Assembly (NCBI GenBank): GCA_035514295.1
Contig: DATKBB010000116.1
Span: forward strand, 8,496 to 72,495
Direction: 5' to 3'
Origin: Candidatus Limnocylindria bacterium
Lineage (GTDB): Bacteria > Chloroflexota > Limnocylindria > Limnocylindrales > CSP1-4
Length of the DNA stretch: 64,000 nucleotides
Below are positions 8,965-17,639 of the stretch, one piece after another (the first letter of the stretch is position 1; the number at the start of each line of letters is the position of its first letter). Made by a program: the position numbers and the translations under genes. Below the pieces are notes generated by a model. The model had not been told where the DNA came from. It did not search any database and saw only the letters and a list, made by a program, of their open reading frames with translations.

Positions 8965-9894
8965 TCACCCGTTACAACGCCCTCGTCGGGCTCCCTCTGT
9001 TCGCCGATCGCGCAAAGCTTCGTGCTTGGAGCGTAGACAGGCGGCGACCTCAGCGTAATCACGGTGACGGGGCTCGGCATGCAGCGCATCGTCGAGACCG
9101 ATGAACCGTCGCTGGCGGCCAGCAGCACAGGGATCGAGAACGATCAGAGTCGCGCTGGTGCCGGTAGCCGGCGGAGTGCCTGCCCACCAGCCGGCGAAGA
9201 CCGTCGGGAGGTCCGGGCACAGCGCCCGAAAGGTCGCCTGCCTCAGCCGCAAGCTACGTAGCACCTCGCTGGTCCACAACGCGACCATGACGTGGGTCAC
9301 GCTGGCCCAGCCGCGACCGAGCCTCAGGCGGGCCGCAAGCTCGTCCGCCAGGTAGCTGCGTTTCGTGTTCCAGGCACCGGCGGTGGCCTGCAGGTCGGGG
9401 AAACGCGTGCGATTCTCCAGGTGCAGGAGTGCGCGAATATCAAGGTCCCAGGCGACCAGGTCCGCTCGGCCGGCGAACTGGTAGTGCTGGTACGGCTCGT
9501 CCATGCCCACTGCAAACCCCCAGCTACTCAGTCGAGCGGCCTCCAGCTCGCCCATCGCGGCATGGACGGCGTCCGCATCGCGCCTAGGGGCGGCTGCCCT
9601 CCGGCTACGGTCTTCGAGAGCCACCTCTAGCGTCAGCCCCAGCGCCGCCGCGACTCTCAGGTACGTCTCGAGCGTGGCGCACCGGCCGACCTCCACGCCA
9701 TGCACGGCGGACACCGAAACCTGTGCCCGAACGGCTACGTCGCGTAGCGTCCACCGGCGTTCCAGCCGCCGATCGCGCACCTGCCCGCCTAGCGTGATGG
9801 TCAGCCGGGCGAGCGCGCTGGTCGTGCCCGTGGATGGTCGAGCACGGGGCCGGGACGGTGACATTGCAGGATCAGTGAACAGGAGGACGCTCAT
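8965..9894 (-). CDS. XRE-family helix-turn-helix protein with an uncharacterised ~200-aa C-terminal domain
   Basis: RRWTLRDVAVRAQVSVSAVHGVEVGRCATLETYLRVAAALG is an HTH_3-like motif. I could not assign the C-terminal part to a family. Start uncertain (9894 or 9864). Confidence 0.6.
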   Translation of the reverse strand: MSVLLFTDPAMSPSRPRARPSTGTTSALARLTITLGGQVRDRRLERRWTLRDVAVRAQVSVSAVHGVEVGRCATLETYLRVAAALGLTLEVALEDRSRRAAAPRRDADAVHAAMGELEAARLSSWGFAVGMDEPYQHYQFAGRADLVAWDLDIRALLHLENRTRFPDLQATAGAWNTKRSYLADELAARLRLGRGWASVTHVMVALWTSEVLRSLRLRQATFRALCPDLPTVFAGWWAGTPPATGTSATLIVLDPCAAGRQRRFIGLDDALHAEPRHRDYAEVAACLRSKHEALRDRRTEGARRGRCNG

Positions 9895-10140
9895 CGCCGA
9901 CTCACCGCGGGCTCATCGGCCAGTTCGCCCTGTGCCGGCACACGTCGCCCGCTCGACCCGCCTTCGCGCGCGTCGTCCGCGTTGTACAACCACCCGCTCA
10001 GCCGCATCCCGTGCGTTGACGGTGCAACGGCCCAGATTGAGGGTGTCCATGCCGCGGCTCGCGGCGGCGCAGCGGCGCCGTCCCGACTCCGGCCCACGCG
10101 CCTCCGGCTCAGGGCCCTACGCGCCCGTAGACTTCGCCTC

Positions 10141-10974
10141 GTGCCCGTCACTTCCCTTGCCCAGGCGCTGCCCTATGTCAACTGGATCCTGCTCGTAACG
10201 CTGGCCGTGGGCAGCTTCTCCTACGTCACCCTGGCCCGCCAGGCCGGCGGTGTGACCAACGGCTACGCCGGCTTCATGGCCTTCGCCGCCTCCGTGCTCG
10301 CCGCGCTGGCCCTGTGGGCCGACAGCGGGCTGCCGCTGCCGAGCAGCCTGGTGATCGTCGGCGCCTCTATGGAGATTGACCTGGCCCGGCGGGTAAGCCT
10401 GGCAGCGTTCGCGCTGCTGGCCTTCGCGCAGGTGTTTGCCATCCGGCGGAACAGTGGTGAGGGACTGGTCGCGGGCCTGGCTCTTGCTGCCGGCGCGCTG
10501 ACCTTGATAGCGGCGGCCGTGGGCTGGGCGCCCAGCCTGGCCGACAGCGTGCCGCTCCTGATCCAGCTGGCCGTCCTGTCGGCCGCCTCCGGCGGAGCGC
10601 TGGCGACGCTGGTGCTGGCCCACTGGTACCTCGTCACGCCGCGCCTGTCCGAGCGCCCGCTCGTCGTGCTGACGCGTCTGCTGACGCTGACCGTCTGTCT
10701 CCAGCTGGCGCTGTTCGTGGTCTGGGCGACGCTCGGCGGCGGTCCCGGCCAGGGCGCCTTCGACGCCTTCACCGGTGGCCAGCTTTTCCTCGTGATCCTG
10801 CGTTTCGTGGTCAGCCTGCTATTCGCGCTGGTGTTGTGCTGGATGGCCCTGCGCACGGCTCAGACGCGCTCGATGGAGTCGGCCACGGGGCTCCTCTACA
10901 TCGACCTGGCGGCGATCCTGGCCGGCACCATCGGCGCTGCGGCGCTGTACGTCTCGAGCGGTCTGCTGGTCTGA
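10141..10974 (+). CDS. hypothetical polytopic membrane protein
   Basis: High-GC3 frame with about 8 hydrophobic helices. The GTG at 10141 is chosen because the upstream part of ORF 9982..10974 is Arg-rich junk. Start uncertain. Confidence 0.5.
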   Translation: MPVTSLAQALPYVNWILLVTLAVGSFSYVTLARQAGGVTNGYAGFMAFAASVLAALALWADSGLPLPSSLVIVGASMEIDLARRVSLAAFALLAFAQVFAIRRNSGEGLVAGLALAAGALTLIAAAVGWAPSLADSVPLLIQLAVLSAASGGALATLVLAHWYLVTPRLSERPLVVLTRLLTLTVCLQLALFVVWATLGGGPGQGAFDAFTGGQLFLVILRFVVSLLFALVLCWMALRTAQTRSMESATGLLYIDLAAILAGTIGAAALYVSSGLLV

Positions 10975-11139
10975 GGCAAAGCTCACAAAACCCTTTACAA
11001 CCGCCCTGCCCAGCGACTAGTCTCGGCCGACCACCGGGAACCCAGAACCCGGCGGTGTGGGAGGGGCGCTCAGTCGCCGGGATCGTGCCGTCGTTCCGGC
11101 TCGGCAGCTGACCGCTTCTGGCGTTGGGAGGGCGCCTGG

Positions 11140-12909
11140 ATGACCGGATCGGGCCTGCGCAGGGCGGCTTCTTCGCTGCCTCTATCGGCGCTGTTCGCCC
11201 TGTTGCTGTGCCTGCTCGTGGCCGCACCCGCCGCCGCGACCGGCGCGCCGGCCGCCTCGAACCAGGCAGACCGGAACGGGGCAGACCGGGGTGAGGCACC
11301 CCCGCGGGCCGCCAAGGTGGTCATCATCGTCGGCCCCACCGGCTCGCTGACGGCCAGCTTCCTGCGCGAGGCTGAGGCGGCCGCCGCCATCGCGCGCAGG
11401 CACTCGACGGACGTAACCACGATCTACACGCCGCATGCCACCTGGGCGGCCGTCAAGCCGGCCCTGCAGGGCGCCGACATCGTGATCTACCTGGGCCACG
11501 GCAACGGCTGGCCCAGCATCTACCGCGACTCCCTCTACCTGGCCACGCAGAACGGGCTGGGCCTGAACCCGGTGGCCGGCGGCGGCGACGACGTCCACCG
11601 CTACTACGGCGAACGCTTCCTGGCCCGCGACGTGAAGCTGGCGCCGGGCGCCATCGTGCTGCTCCACCACCTCTGCTACGCGGCCGGCAACTCGGAGCCC
11701 GGTCTGCCCGAAGGCCCGCACGACGTGGCCAAGCAGCGAGTCGAGAACTACGCCGCCGGCTGGCTGGCGGCCGGCGCCGACGCGGTCGTGGCGGAGGCCT
11801 ACCTTGGCCCGGCCTACTACGTCCGGTCGCTATTCGAGACGAGGCGCAGCGTGGAGCGCATCTGGCGCTCGTCGCCCACCTTCAAGGGCAACGTCGAGGC
11901 CTGGCCCAGCAACCGCACGGCGGACGCCACAGCTCTCATCGATCCATACGTCGTCGCCAAGCGTTACGGCCGCTCGCTCGTGCTGCGCGGCGATCCGAGC
12001 GGGCCCGCGACGGCCGGCGAGGCACCTTCCGACGGCGTGCTTCCGCCCGAAGCCCTGCCACCGCCCCCGCCCCTCGCCGGAGCCGCCCTTGCTGCGCCGG
12101 TGCTCAGCGGCCCGATCGTCGAGGGCACGACCGTCGAGCTGAGCCTGCCCATCGAGCTGCCCGACGGCGCGAAGGTTCCCGAGGGCCTGCTCGTCGAAGC
12201 CAGCTGGTGGCCGCTCGAAGTGCCGGCCGCCGAGGAGGACGAGAGCGCCGAGCCGGAAGCCGGCAGCCAACCCTTCCTCAGCGAGACGGAGCCCGCGTCG
12301 GTCACGGTCACTGAGGCCGGCCTTGCAGCGACTCTCCAGACCCCGCCGCTGGCCGGTGCCTACGAGCTCCGCGTGGCGCTGCACTCGGCCGACGGCAGTC
12401 CGCTGACCGACGAGCCCGGCGGCCTCGAGATCATGACGACGGTGTCGGTGGCCCGCCCGCTATCGGCCGCCTTCTCAGTGCCGGAAGTCCTCCAGCTGGT
12501 CGCCGGCCAGGCTTTCAGCCTGCCCATCGGGCTGTCCAACAGCGGCAACGTCGGGTGGGCCCAGGACCCGGACGAGCTGCTCGACGAGCTGGGCCCGCAG
12601 CCCGTCGAAGTCGTGGCTGTGGAGGAGCCTCGGCTGGTGGGGCGCCTGGTCAGGCTCGGCATCGACGAGATTGCCAAGGACCTGCCCACCGAGCCCGTGC
12701 TCGTCGCGCCGGCCACCGTCGAGCCGGGCCAGACGCTGGAGCTGACGCTAAACCTGGTCGCACCCGAAACATCAGGCACCTACGTGCTCATGCTGGACGT
12801 CGAGACGCCCGCCCACGGACCGTTGGCCCTGCGCGGCAACCCGCTGACGGCCGTGATGCTGGAGGTGGCGCCGGCGCCCGCTCCGCTCGCGACCCCGGGC
12901 ACCGACTGA
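11140..12909 (+). CDS. secreted protein: putative clan-CD (clostripain/C11-like) cysteine peptidase domain plus C-terminal Ig-like domains
   Basis: Signal peptide LFALLLCLLVAAPAAATG. Candidate His/Cys dyad motifs IVIYLGHGNGW and AIVLLHHLCYAAG. C-terminal PGQTLELTLNLVAPETSGTYVLMLDV is an NBR1/CARDB-like Ig motif. Confidence 0.55.
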   Translation: MTGSGLRRAASSLPLSALFALLLCLLVAAPAAATGAPAASNQADRNGADRGEAPPRAAKVVIIVGPTGSLTASFLREAEAAAAIARRHSTDVTTIYTPHATWAAVKPALQGADIVIYLGHGNGWPSIYRDSLYLATQNGLGLNPVAGGGDDVHRYYGERFLARDVKLAPGAIVLLHHLCYAAGNSEPGLPEGPHDVAKQRVENYAAGWLAAGADAVVAEAYLGPAYYVRSLFETRRSVERIWRSSPTFKGNVEAWPSNRTADATALIDPYVVAKRYGRSLVLRGDPSGPATAGEAPSDGVLPPEALPPPPPLAGAALAAPVLSGPIVEGTTVELSLPIELPDGAKVPEGLLVEASWWPLEVPAAEEDESAEPEAGSQPFLSETEPASVTVTEAGLAATLQTPPLAGAYELRVALHSADGSPLTDEPGGLEIMTTVSVARPLSAAFSVPEVLQLVAGQAFSLPIGLSNSGNVGWAQDPDELLDELGPQPVEVVAVEEPRLVGRLVRLGIDEIAKDLPTEPVLVAPATVEPGQTLELTLNLVAPETSGTYVLMLDVETPAHGPLALRGNPLTAVMLEVAPAPAPLATPGTD

Positions 12910-12962
12910 CAACCGTCGCCAGGTCGGCGCGCACTACACTCGCCGGCGGGAGGCTTCTGCGA

Positions 12963-13712
12963 ATGCGCGTGACCGTCCGACTTTTCGCCATGCTCCGCCA
13001 GCAGGCCGGCTGGCGGGAACGCGAGCTGGAGCTGGCAGAGGAAGCCTCCGTGGCCGATGCCTGGCAGGCGCTAGTGGGCCTCGAGCCGGGCTTCGAGTCG
13101 GCCGGGGGCAGGGTCCGCTTCGCGCGAAATGGCAGCTACGCAGAGGCTGGCGAGGTGCTGCGCGACGGCGACCAGCTGGCCATCATCCCGCCCGTCGCCG
13201 GCGGCGCCGGCGAGCAGTCCCACCGTCGGCTGGAGCTGACCGACGAACCGATCGCCGACGAGCTGCTGGCCGAGCTGCGGCGCACGCTGCCCGATGCTGC
13301 CGACGGGGCGCTGGTGCTATTCGTCGGCCAGACGCGGGAGTCTGCCGGCACGCCGGCGCCAGGCCAGGAACGTGAGGCGCAGCGGCATGCCGGCAAGCAT
13401 GTCGAGGCGCTCGAATACGAGGCCTTCGAGGAGATGGCGCTGGCTACGCTGGAGGCCATCGCGACGGAGATCGAGGCCCGCTTCGGGGTGCGGCGGCTGG
13501 CCATCGTGCACCGCACCGGCCGCGTGCCACTCTCCCAGCCCAGCGTCGTCATCGCAGCCGCGGCACCTCACCGGGGAGCCGCCTTCGACGCCTGCCGCTA
13601 TGCCATCGAGGAGCTGAAGGCCCGCGCGCCGATCTGGAAGGCCGAGCACTACGAGGACGGCTCGGTGTGGGTGGGTGCACCGGCCCGCGTGTCCAGCTCG
13701 GACGACGACTGA
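12963..13712 (+). CDS. fused molybdopterin synthase sulfur-carrier (MoaD) and catalytic (MoaE) subunits, MoaX-like
   Basis: ATG at 12963 within ORF 12555..13712. The MoaD-like 81 aa end in IIPPVAGG. The MoaE-like part has LVLFVGQTRE...RLAIVHRTGRV...AAPHRGAAFDACRYAIEELKARAPIWK. Confidence 0.8.
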   Translation: MRVTVRLFAMLRQQAGWRERELELAEEASVADAWQALVGLEPGFESAGGRVRFARNGSYAEAGEVLRDGDQLAIIPPVAGGAGEQSHRRLELTDEPIADELLAELRRTLPDAADGALVLFVGQTRESAGTPAPGQEREAQRHAGKHVEALEYEAFEEMALATLEAIATEIEARFGVRRLAIVHRTGRVPLSQPSVVIAAAAPHRGAAFDACRYAIEELKARAPIWKAEHYEDGSVWVGAPARVSSSDDD

Positions 13713-13726
13713 GATACGCTGAGCGC

Positions 13727-14314
13727 ATGACAGAGCCGCGCAACGTGACGCCGCCCGAGGAGGGCGAATTCCGCACCCGCCACCAGCAGGAACGCCGCGA
13801 AGAGCCGGAATGGATGGCCTGGAAGTGGGCCAGCGGCGGTAAGGGATTTCCCTGGCTGGGCGTGCTGCTCGTGCTGGTCGGGGTCGCGCTGCTGATCCAG
13901 TACGTCATCCCCGGCGTGGGCGCCGGGACGCTGGTCCTGCTTGCCATCGGGCTGGCTTTCCTGGCCGGCTGGCTCTTCGGCGGCTCGTTCTTCTCGATGG
14001 TGCCCGGCGTGCTGCTTGTCGCCCTCGCCCTGGCCCGGCTGGTCGAAGCGTCCGGGCTGTTCTTCGCCCCTGGCGCGGACGTGCCGGGCCTGACCTCGCT
14101 CTCGCTGGCAGCCGGCTTCCTGGTCATTTACGGGATCGCCCTCTCAAGACAGAAGCGCTGGACGTGGGCGCTGTGGGCGGCCGGCCTATTCGGCCTGATC
14201 GGCGTGGTGCAGGCGTCGGGCTGGATCGCCGGCATCCCCGAGCTTGGGGTTGTCTGGCCCATCTTCATCATCGCTGCGGGCGTCGTGCTGCTGCTACTGG
14301 CCCGCCGTCGCTGA
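13727..14314 (+). CDS. hypothetical membrane protein
   Basis: ATG at 13727. A charged N-terminus is followed by about 6 hydrophobic helices. Confidence 0.55.
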   Translation: MTEPRNVTPPEEGEFRTRHQQERREEPEWMAWKWASGGKGFPWLGVLLVLVGVALLIQYVIPGVGAGTLVLLAIGLAFLAGWLFGGSFFSMVPGVLLVALALARLVEASGLFFAPGADVPGLTSLSLAAGFLVIYGIALSRQKRWTWALWAAGLFGLIGVVQASGWIAGIPELGVVWPIFIIAAGVVLLLLARRR

Positions 14315-14330
14315 GGCGAGTTACGCCCTC

Positions 14331-15053
14331 TCAGCCCGTATAGACCCCAGCCGGGTCCAGCTCCTCGCGGATAAGGCGCAACTCGGCCTCGCTGGGCGCG
14401 GGCGTAGAGGCCAACGTCTGCGCCACACGCGGCTCCCAGCCCATCGCCTGGCGCACCTGCTCGAGCGTCACGCCCGGATGGAGCGAGTCCAGCCGCAGCT
14501 CGCCGGCGTCGTCGCGATGGAAGATGCCCAGGTCCGTCACGACCACCGCCACGCGGTCGCCGACGGACGTTCGGAAGTCGAGCCGCTCCACGAAGGAGCG
14601 CGGACTCTGGCGCATGATCACGAAGACCTGCCCGGCGTGGATGGCGATCTCGCAGGCACCGCCCGAACCGGGCAGCCGCGTGCGCGGCGCGAGGTAATCG
14701 CCGATGACCGTGGTGTTGATGTTGCCCCAGCGGTCGATCTGCGCAGCGCCCAAAAAGCCCACGTCGATCAGCCCGCGCTGGAGGTAGAAGCCGAACAGCT
14801 CGAACATGCTGGTCACGGCCGTCGCGCCGGTGACGATGGTCGGGTCGCCGATGGACAGCGGCAGCCGGGCCGGCCGGGCACCGAACACGCCCGCCTCGTA
14901 GACCAGCTCGAGTTCCGGCGCGACCGTCCGCTTCGCGAGGTTCACCGCGATGTTGGGCAGCCCTACCCCCACGAAGCACACCCGCTGGCCGGCCAGCTCG
15001 CGAGCGGCCGCCACGATCATCATCTCGGACGCGCTGAATGCTGCCTCGCTCAC
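14331..15053 (-). CDS. CoA-transferase subunit B (3-oxoadipate/glutaconate CoA-transferase family)
   Basis: GTG at 15053 overlaps the subunit-A stop (GTGA). EMMIVAAARELAG...GAAQIDRWGNINTT...LPGSGGA are family I CoA-transferase beta motifs. Confidence 0.8.
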   Translation of the reverse strand: MSEAAFSASEMMIVAAARELAGQRVCFVGVGLPNIAVNLAKRTVAPELELVYEAGVFGARPARLPLSIGDPTIVTGATAVTSMFELFGFYLQRGLIDVGFLGAAQIDRWGNINTTVIGDYLAPRTRLPGSGGACEIAIHAGQVFVIMRQSPRSFVERLDFRTSVGDRVAVVVTDLGIFHRDDAGELRLDSLHPGVTLEQVRQAMGWEPRVAQTLASTPAPSEAELRLIREELDPAGVYTG

Positions 15054-15970
15054 CGGTACTCCCCGTAGTCGACCTCGCCCGACGGCGCTGGCGCTGGACG
15101 GAGCGCTTCGATCCGCTCGCGGCCGAGCTTCTCGACGTACTCCGCTCGGCCTGACGCGCCCAGCACCCACTCCTTGAGCCATGCCTGCAGCGCCTCCTCG
15201 TCGCGCGAAATTGCGTCCCACTCGAGGTAGAAGCGGTTGTCGCGGTCGTAGTAGCCCTGCGCGTAGGAGGGATGGGCGCCCCACGGCTCGTGGACGACGG
15301 CGTCCACCAGCAGGCCGGGGATGATCGTCCGGTTCGGGTCGGCGCGCACGACCGACTCGTCGACCACCTCCTCCACCACCACGATCACCCGCTCGGCGGC
15401 GAAAGCGGCCTCCTTCTGGCAGCCCAGCAGGCCCCACACCTGGGTGTTGCCAGAGGCATCGGCACGCTGAGCGTGGACGATCGTCACGTCGGGGCGCAGC
15501 GGCGGCACCGCGTAGACCTCGTCCTCGCCATAGGGGGAGGGGATTGGCCTGATGAGCGGGTTGGCGCGCGGCAGGTCGGTCTCGTAGTAGGAGCGCAGCG
15601 GAAAGAAGGGCAGGTTCATGGCTCCGGCGGTGTAGCGCCCGACCATCCCGAAGTGACTGTATTCCTCGAGCTCCAGCCGAGGCTCCGGCCCTTCCGTCCA
15701 GCGACGGACGGCGTGCAGGCTGCCCACGCCCGGGTTGCCCAGCCAGGAGAAGACCAGCTTGCTCGCGCAGCCGGCTCCGATGAGTTGGTCGTAGATGAGG
15801 TCGGGCGTCAGGCGGCACAGCGTCAGGTCACGCCTGCCCTGGCGGATGATCTCGTGGCCGGCGGCAAAGCAGATCAGGTGGGTGAAGCCCTCGATCGCGA
15901 CCGTATCGCCGTCGCGCACCAGCTCGGCGATCGCGTCGTGCATGCTGGCCAGCTTCGAGACGTTGGTCAT
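15050..15970 (-). CDS. CoA-transferase subunit A (3-oxoadipate/glutaconate CoA-transferase family)
   Basis: 306 aa. KLASMHDAIAELVRDGDTVAIEGFTHL is the typical alpha-subunit N-terminus. 1-nt overlap with the upstream gene. Confidence 0.8.
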   Translation of the reverse strand: MTNVSKLASMHDAIAELVRDGDTVAIEGFTHLICFAAGHEIIRQGRRDLTLCRLTPDLIYDQLIGAGCASKLVFSWLGNPGVGSLHAVRRWTEGPEPRLELEEYSHFGMVGRYTAGAMNLPFFPLRSYYETDLPRANPLIRPIPSPYGEDEVYAVPPLRPDVTIVHAQRADASGNTQVWGLLGCQKEAAFAAERVIVVVEEVVDESVVRADPNRTIIPGLLVDAVVHEPWGAHPSYAQGYYDRDNRFYLEWDAISRDEEALQAWLKEWVLGASGRAEYVEKLGRERIEALRPAPAPSGEVDYGEYR

Positions 15971-16713
15971 CAGCCCCGGCTGAGTGCAAGATCGAAGCGC
16001 AACCTACCCGCCTCGATTGGGACGACGAGTTCATCCTTCACGCCACCTATGGCGTCGTCGTCCAGGTAGGGGCCGCCGGCGACATAGACCTGTGTGACGA
16101 GGCGGCGATAACCCGGCGCTGAAACCAGGAAGTGGATGTGGGCTGGTCGCCACGGATGACGGCCAAGCGCAGCCAGTAGCCTGCCCACTGGACCATCGTG
16201 CTTGACGGTGTAGTGCTTGGGCTTGATCGTCTCCAGCTGATAGCTGCCGTCGTCCGCGATGAGTTGACGACCGCGCAGCGCCCACGGCGAACGCTCGGAG
16301 TCCTCATTCGAATACAGCCCGCGCGCATCTGCCTGCCAGAACTCGATCACCGCCCCGCCCAGCGGCGCGCCACTGGTACCGTCGCTGACTCGGCCCCACA
16401 GCTCCAATCGCTCGCCTTCCTCGTCGGGCGGCGCGATCGAGCCGGGGTTCTCTATCCATGGCGCATCGGGCCGGTAGAAAGGACCTAGGACGTTGCTTTG
16501 CGTGCCGTCCTGGCCGGCGTGGGTCAGGTCGTCCACCAGTCGTGACAGGCCCAGGACATCGGCGAGCAGGACCAGCTCGTCCGCTTCGGCTACCTCCTTG
16601 AGGAAGCCCAGCGTTGCAATCAGCTCCTCGTTGTTCAGCTCCAGATCCCGGGCCAACGCGTGCAGCGAGCCTACTGCTTGGGGCAGTGCCCCGTTCAATC
16701 GGTCAGTGTTCAT
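15970..16713 (-). CDS. intradiol ring-cleavage dioxygenase (catechol / hydroxyquinol 1,2-dioxygenase family)
   Basis: 247 aa. Candidate Fe(III) ligands in GPFY, GLY and RPAHIHF, plus IEFWQADARGLYS. Confidence 0.8.
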   Translation of the reverse strand: MNTDRLNGALPQAVGSLHALARDLELNNEELIATLGFLKEVAEADELVLLADVLGLSRLVDDLTHAGQDGTQSNVLGPFYRPDAPWIENPGSIAPPDEEGERLELWGRVSDGTSGAPLGGAVIEFWQADARGLYSNEDSERSPWALRGRQLIADDGSYQLETIKPKHYTVKHDGPVGRLLAALGRHPWRPAHIHFLVSAPGYRRLVTQVYVAGGPYLDDDAIGGVKDELVVPIEAGRLRFDLALSRG

Positions 16714-17639
16714 TCGGCGGTCCTCTGGGGGCTACGGAAAGAGTCGACGTGTGGCGCGCGGGCGGACTCCTGGAGCTGGGCCTGGCCGTGCAGCTGCCGG
16801 CGAGCCTTGTCGATGTCGGCTTCGTACTTGAGTAGGACATGAAGCGTTTCGGTTGCGCCCTGCGCGTCCACGTTCTCGGCGCCCAGGATGACCATGGTTC
16901 GCGCCCAGTCGATCGACTCGGAGATCGACGGTCGCTTCTTGAGGTCGAGTGCCCGGACGGAGCGGATCAGCGCTGCCAGCTGGTCGGCAAGTCCCACCGA
17001 CAACCCGTCGACCCGGGCGAGCAAGATGTCGCGCTCTCGTTCCAGGGGTGGATAGTCGATGTGCAGGAAGAGGCAGCGCCGCTTGAGCGCCTCCGAAAGA
17101 TCGCGCGTGTCGTTGGAGGTGAGGAAGACCATCGGTATGCGGTTGGCACTGATGGTGCCCAACTCGGGGATGGTGATCTGGAAGTCGGAGAGGACCTCGA
17201 GCATCAGCGCCTCCGCCTCCACTTCCACTCGATCAACCTCATCGATCAGCAGAACCACTGGCTCCTGCGCTCGGATTGCGGCCAGTAATGGACGGGCCAG
17301 CAGGAACGACTCGGAGAAGATGTCCTCCTCCAGCTCGGACCAGGACTCGTGCCGCTCGTCGGCCTGGATGCGCAGCAGCTGCTTCTTGTAATTCCACTCG
17401 TACAACGCTTTCGAGTCGTCCAGGCCCTCATAGCATTGGAGGCGTATCAGGCGGGCGCCGCTGATGGCGGCAACGGAACGGGCAAGCTCGGTCTTGCCGA
17501 CACCGGCCGGGCCTTCGAGCAGAACTGGTTTCTCCAGCCGATCTGCCAGGAAGACGGTCAAGCCGATCCGGTCATCGGCCAGGTAACGCTCGGAGCGCAG
17601 TCGTGAGACGACGTCTTCGGCCGAGGCAAAGCGGCTCAC
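16710..17639 (-). CDS. MoxR-class AAA+ ATPase (CoxD-like)
   Basis: GTG at 17639 with AGGAGG upstream and a GTGA overlap with the permease stop. Walker A LLEGPAGVGKTELA, Walker B VVLLIDEVDR. The upstream part of ORF 16710..18512 is not coding. Confidence 0.85.
   Translation of the reverse strand: MSRFASAEDVVSRLRSERYLADDRIGLTVFLADRLEKPVLLEGPAGVGKTELARSVAAISGARLIRLQCYEGLDDSKALYEWNYKKQLLRIQADERHESWSELEEDIFSESFLLARPLLAAIRAQEPVVLLIDEVDRVEVEAEALMLEVLSDFQITIPELGTISANRIPMVFLTSNDTRDLSEALKRRCLFLHIDYPPLERERDILLARVDGLSVGLADQLAALIRSVRALDLKKRPSISESIDWARTMVILGAENVDAQGATETLHVLLKYEADIDKARRQLHGQAQLQESARAPHVDSFRSPQRTAE

Noticed and set aside
15054-15818. N-terminal 255 aa of ORF 14331..15818, a long extension of CoA-transferase subunit B
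   Set aside because: It overlaps the subunit-A gene in another frame. The GTG at 15053 overlapping the subunit-A stop gives the expected ~240-aa beta subunit.
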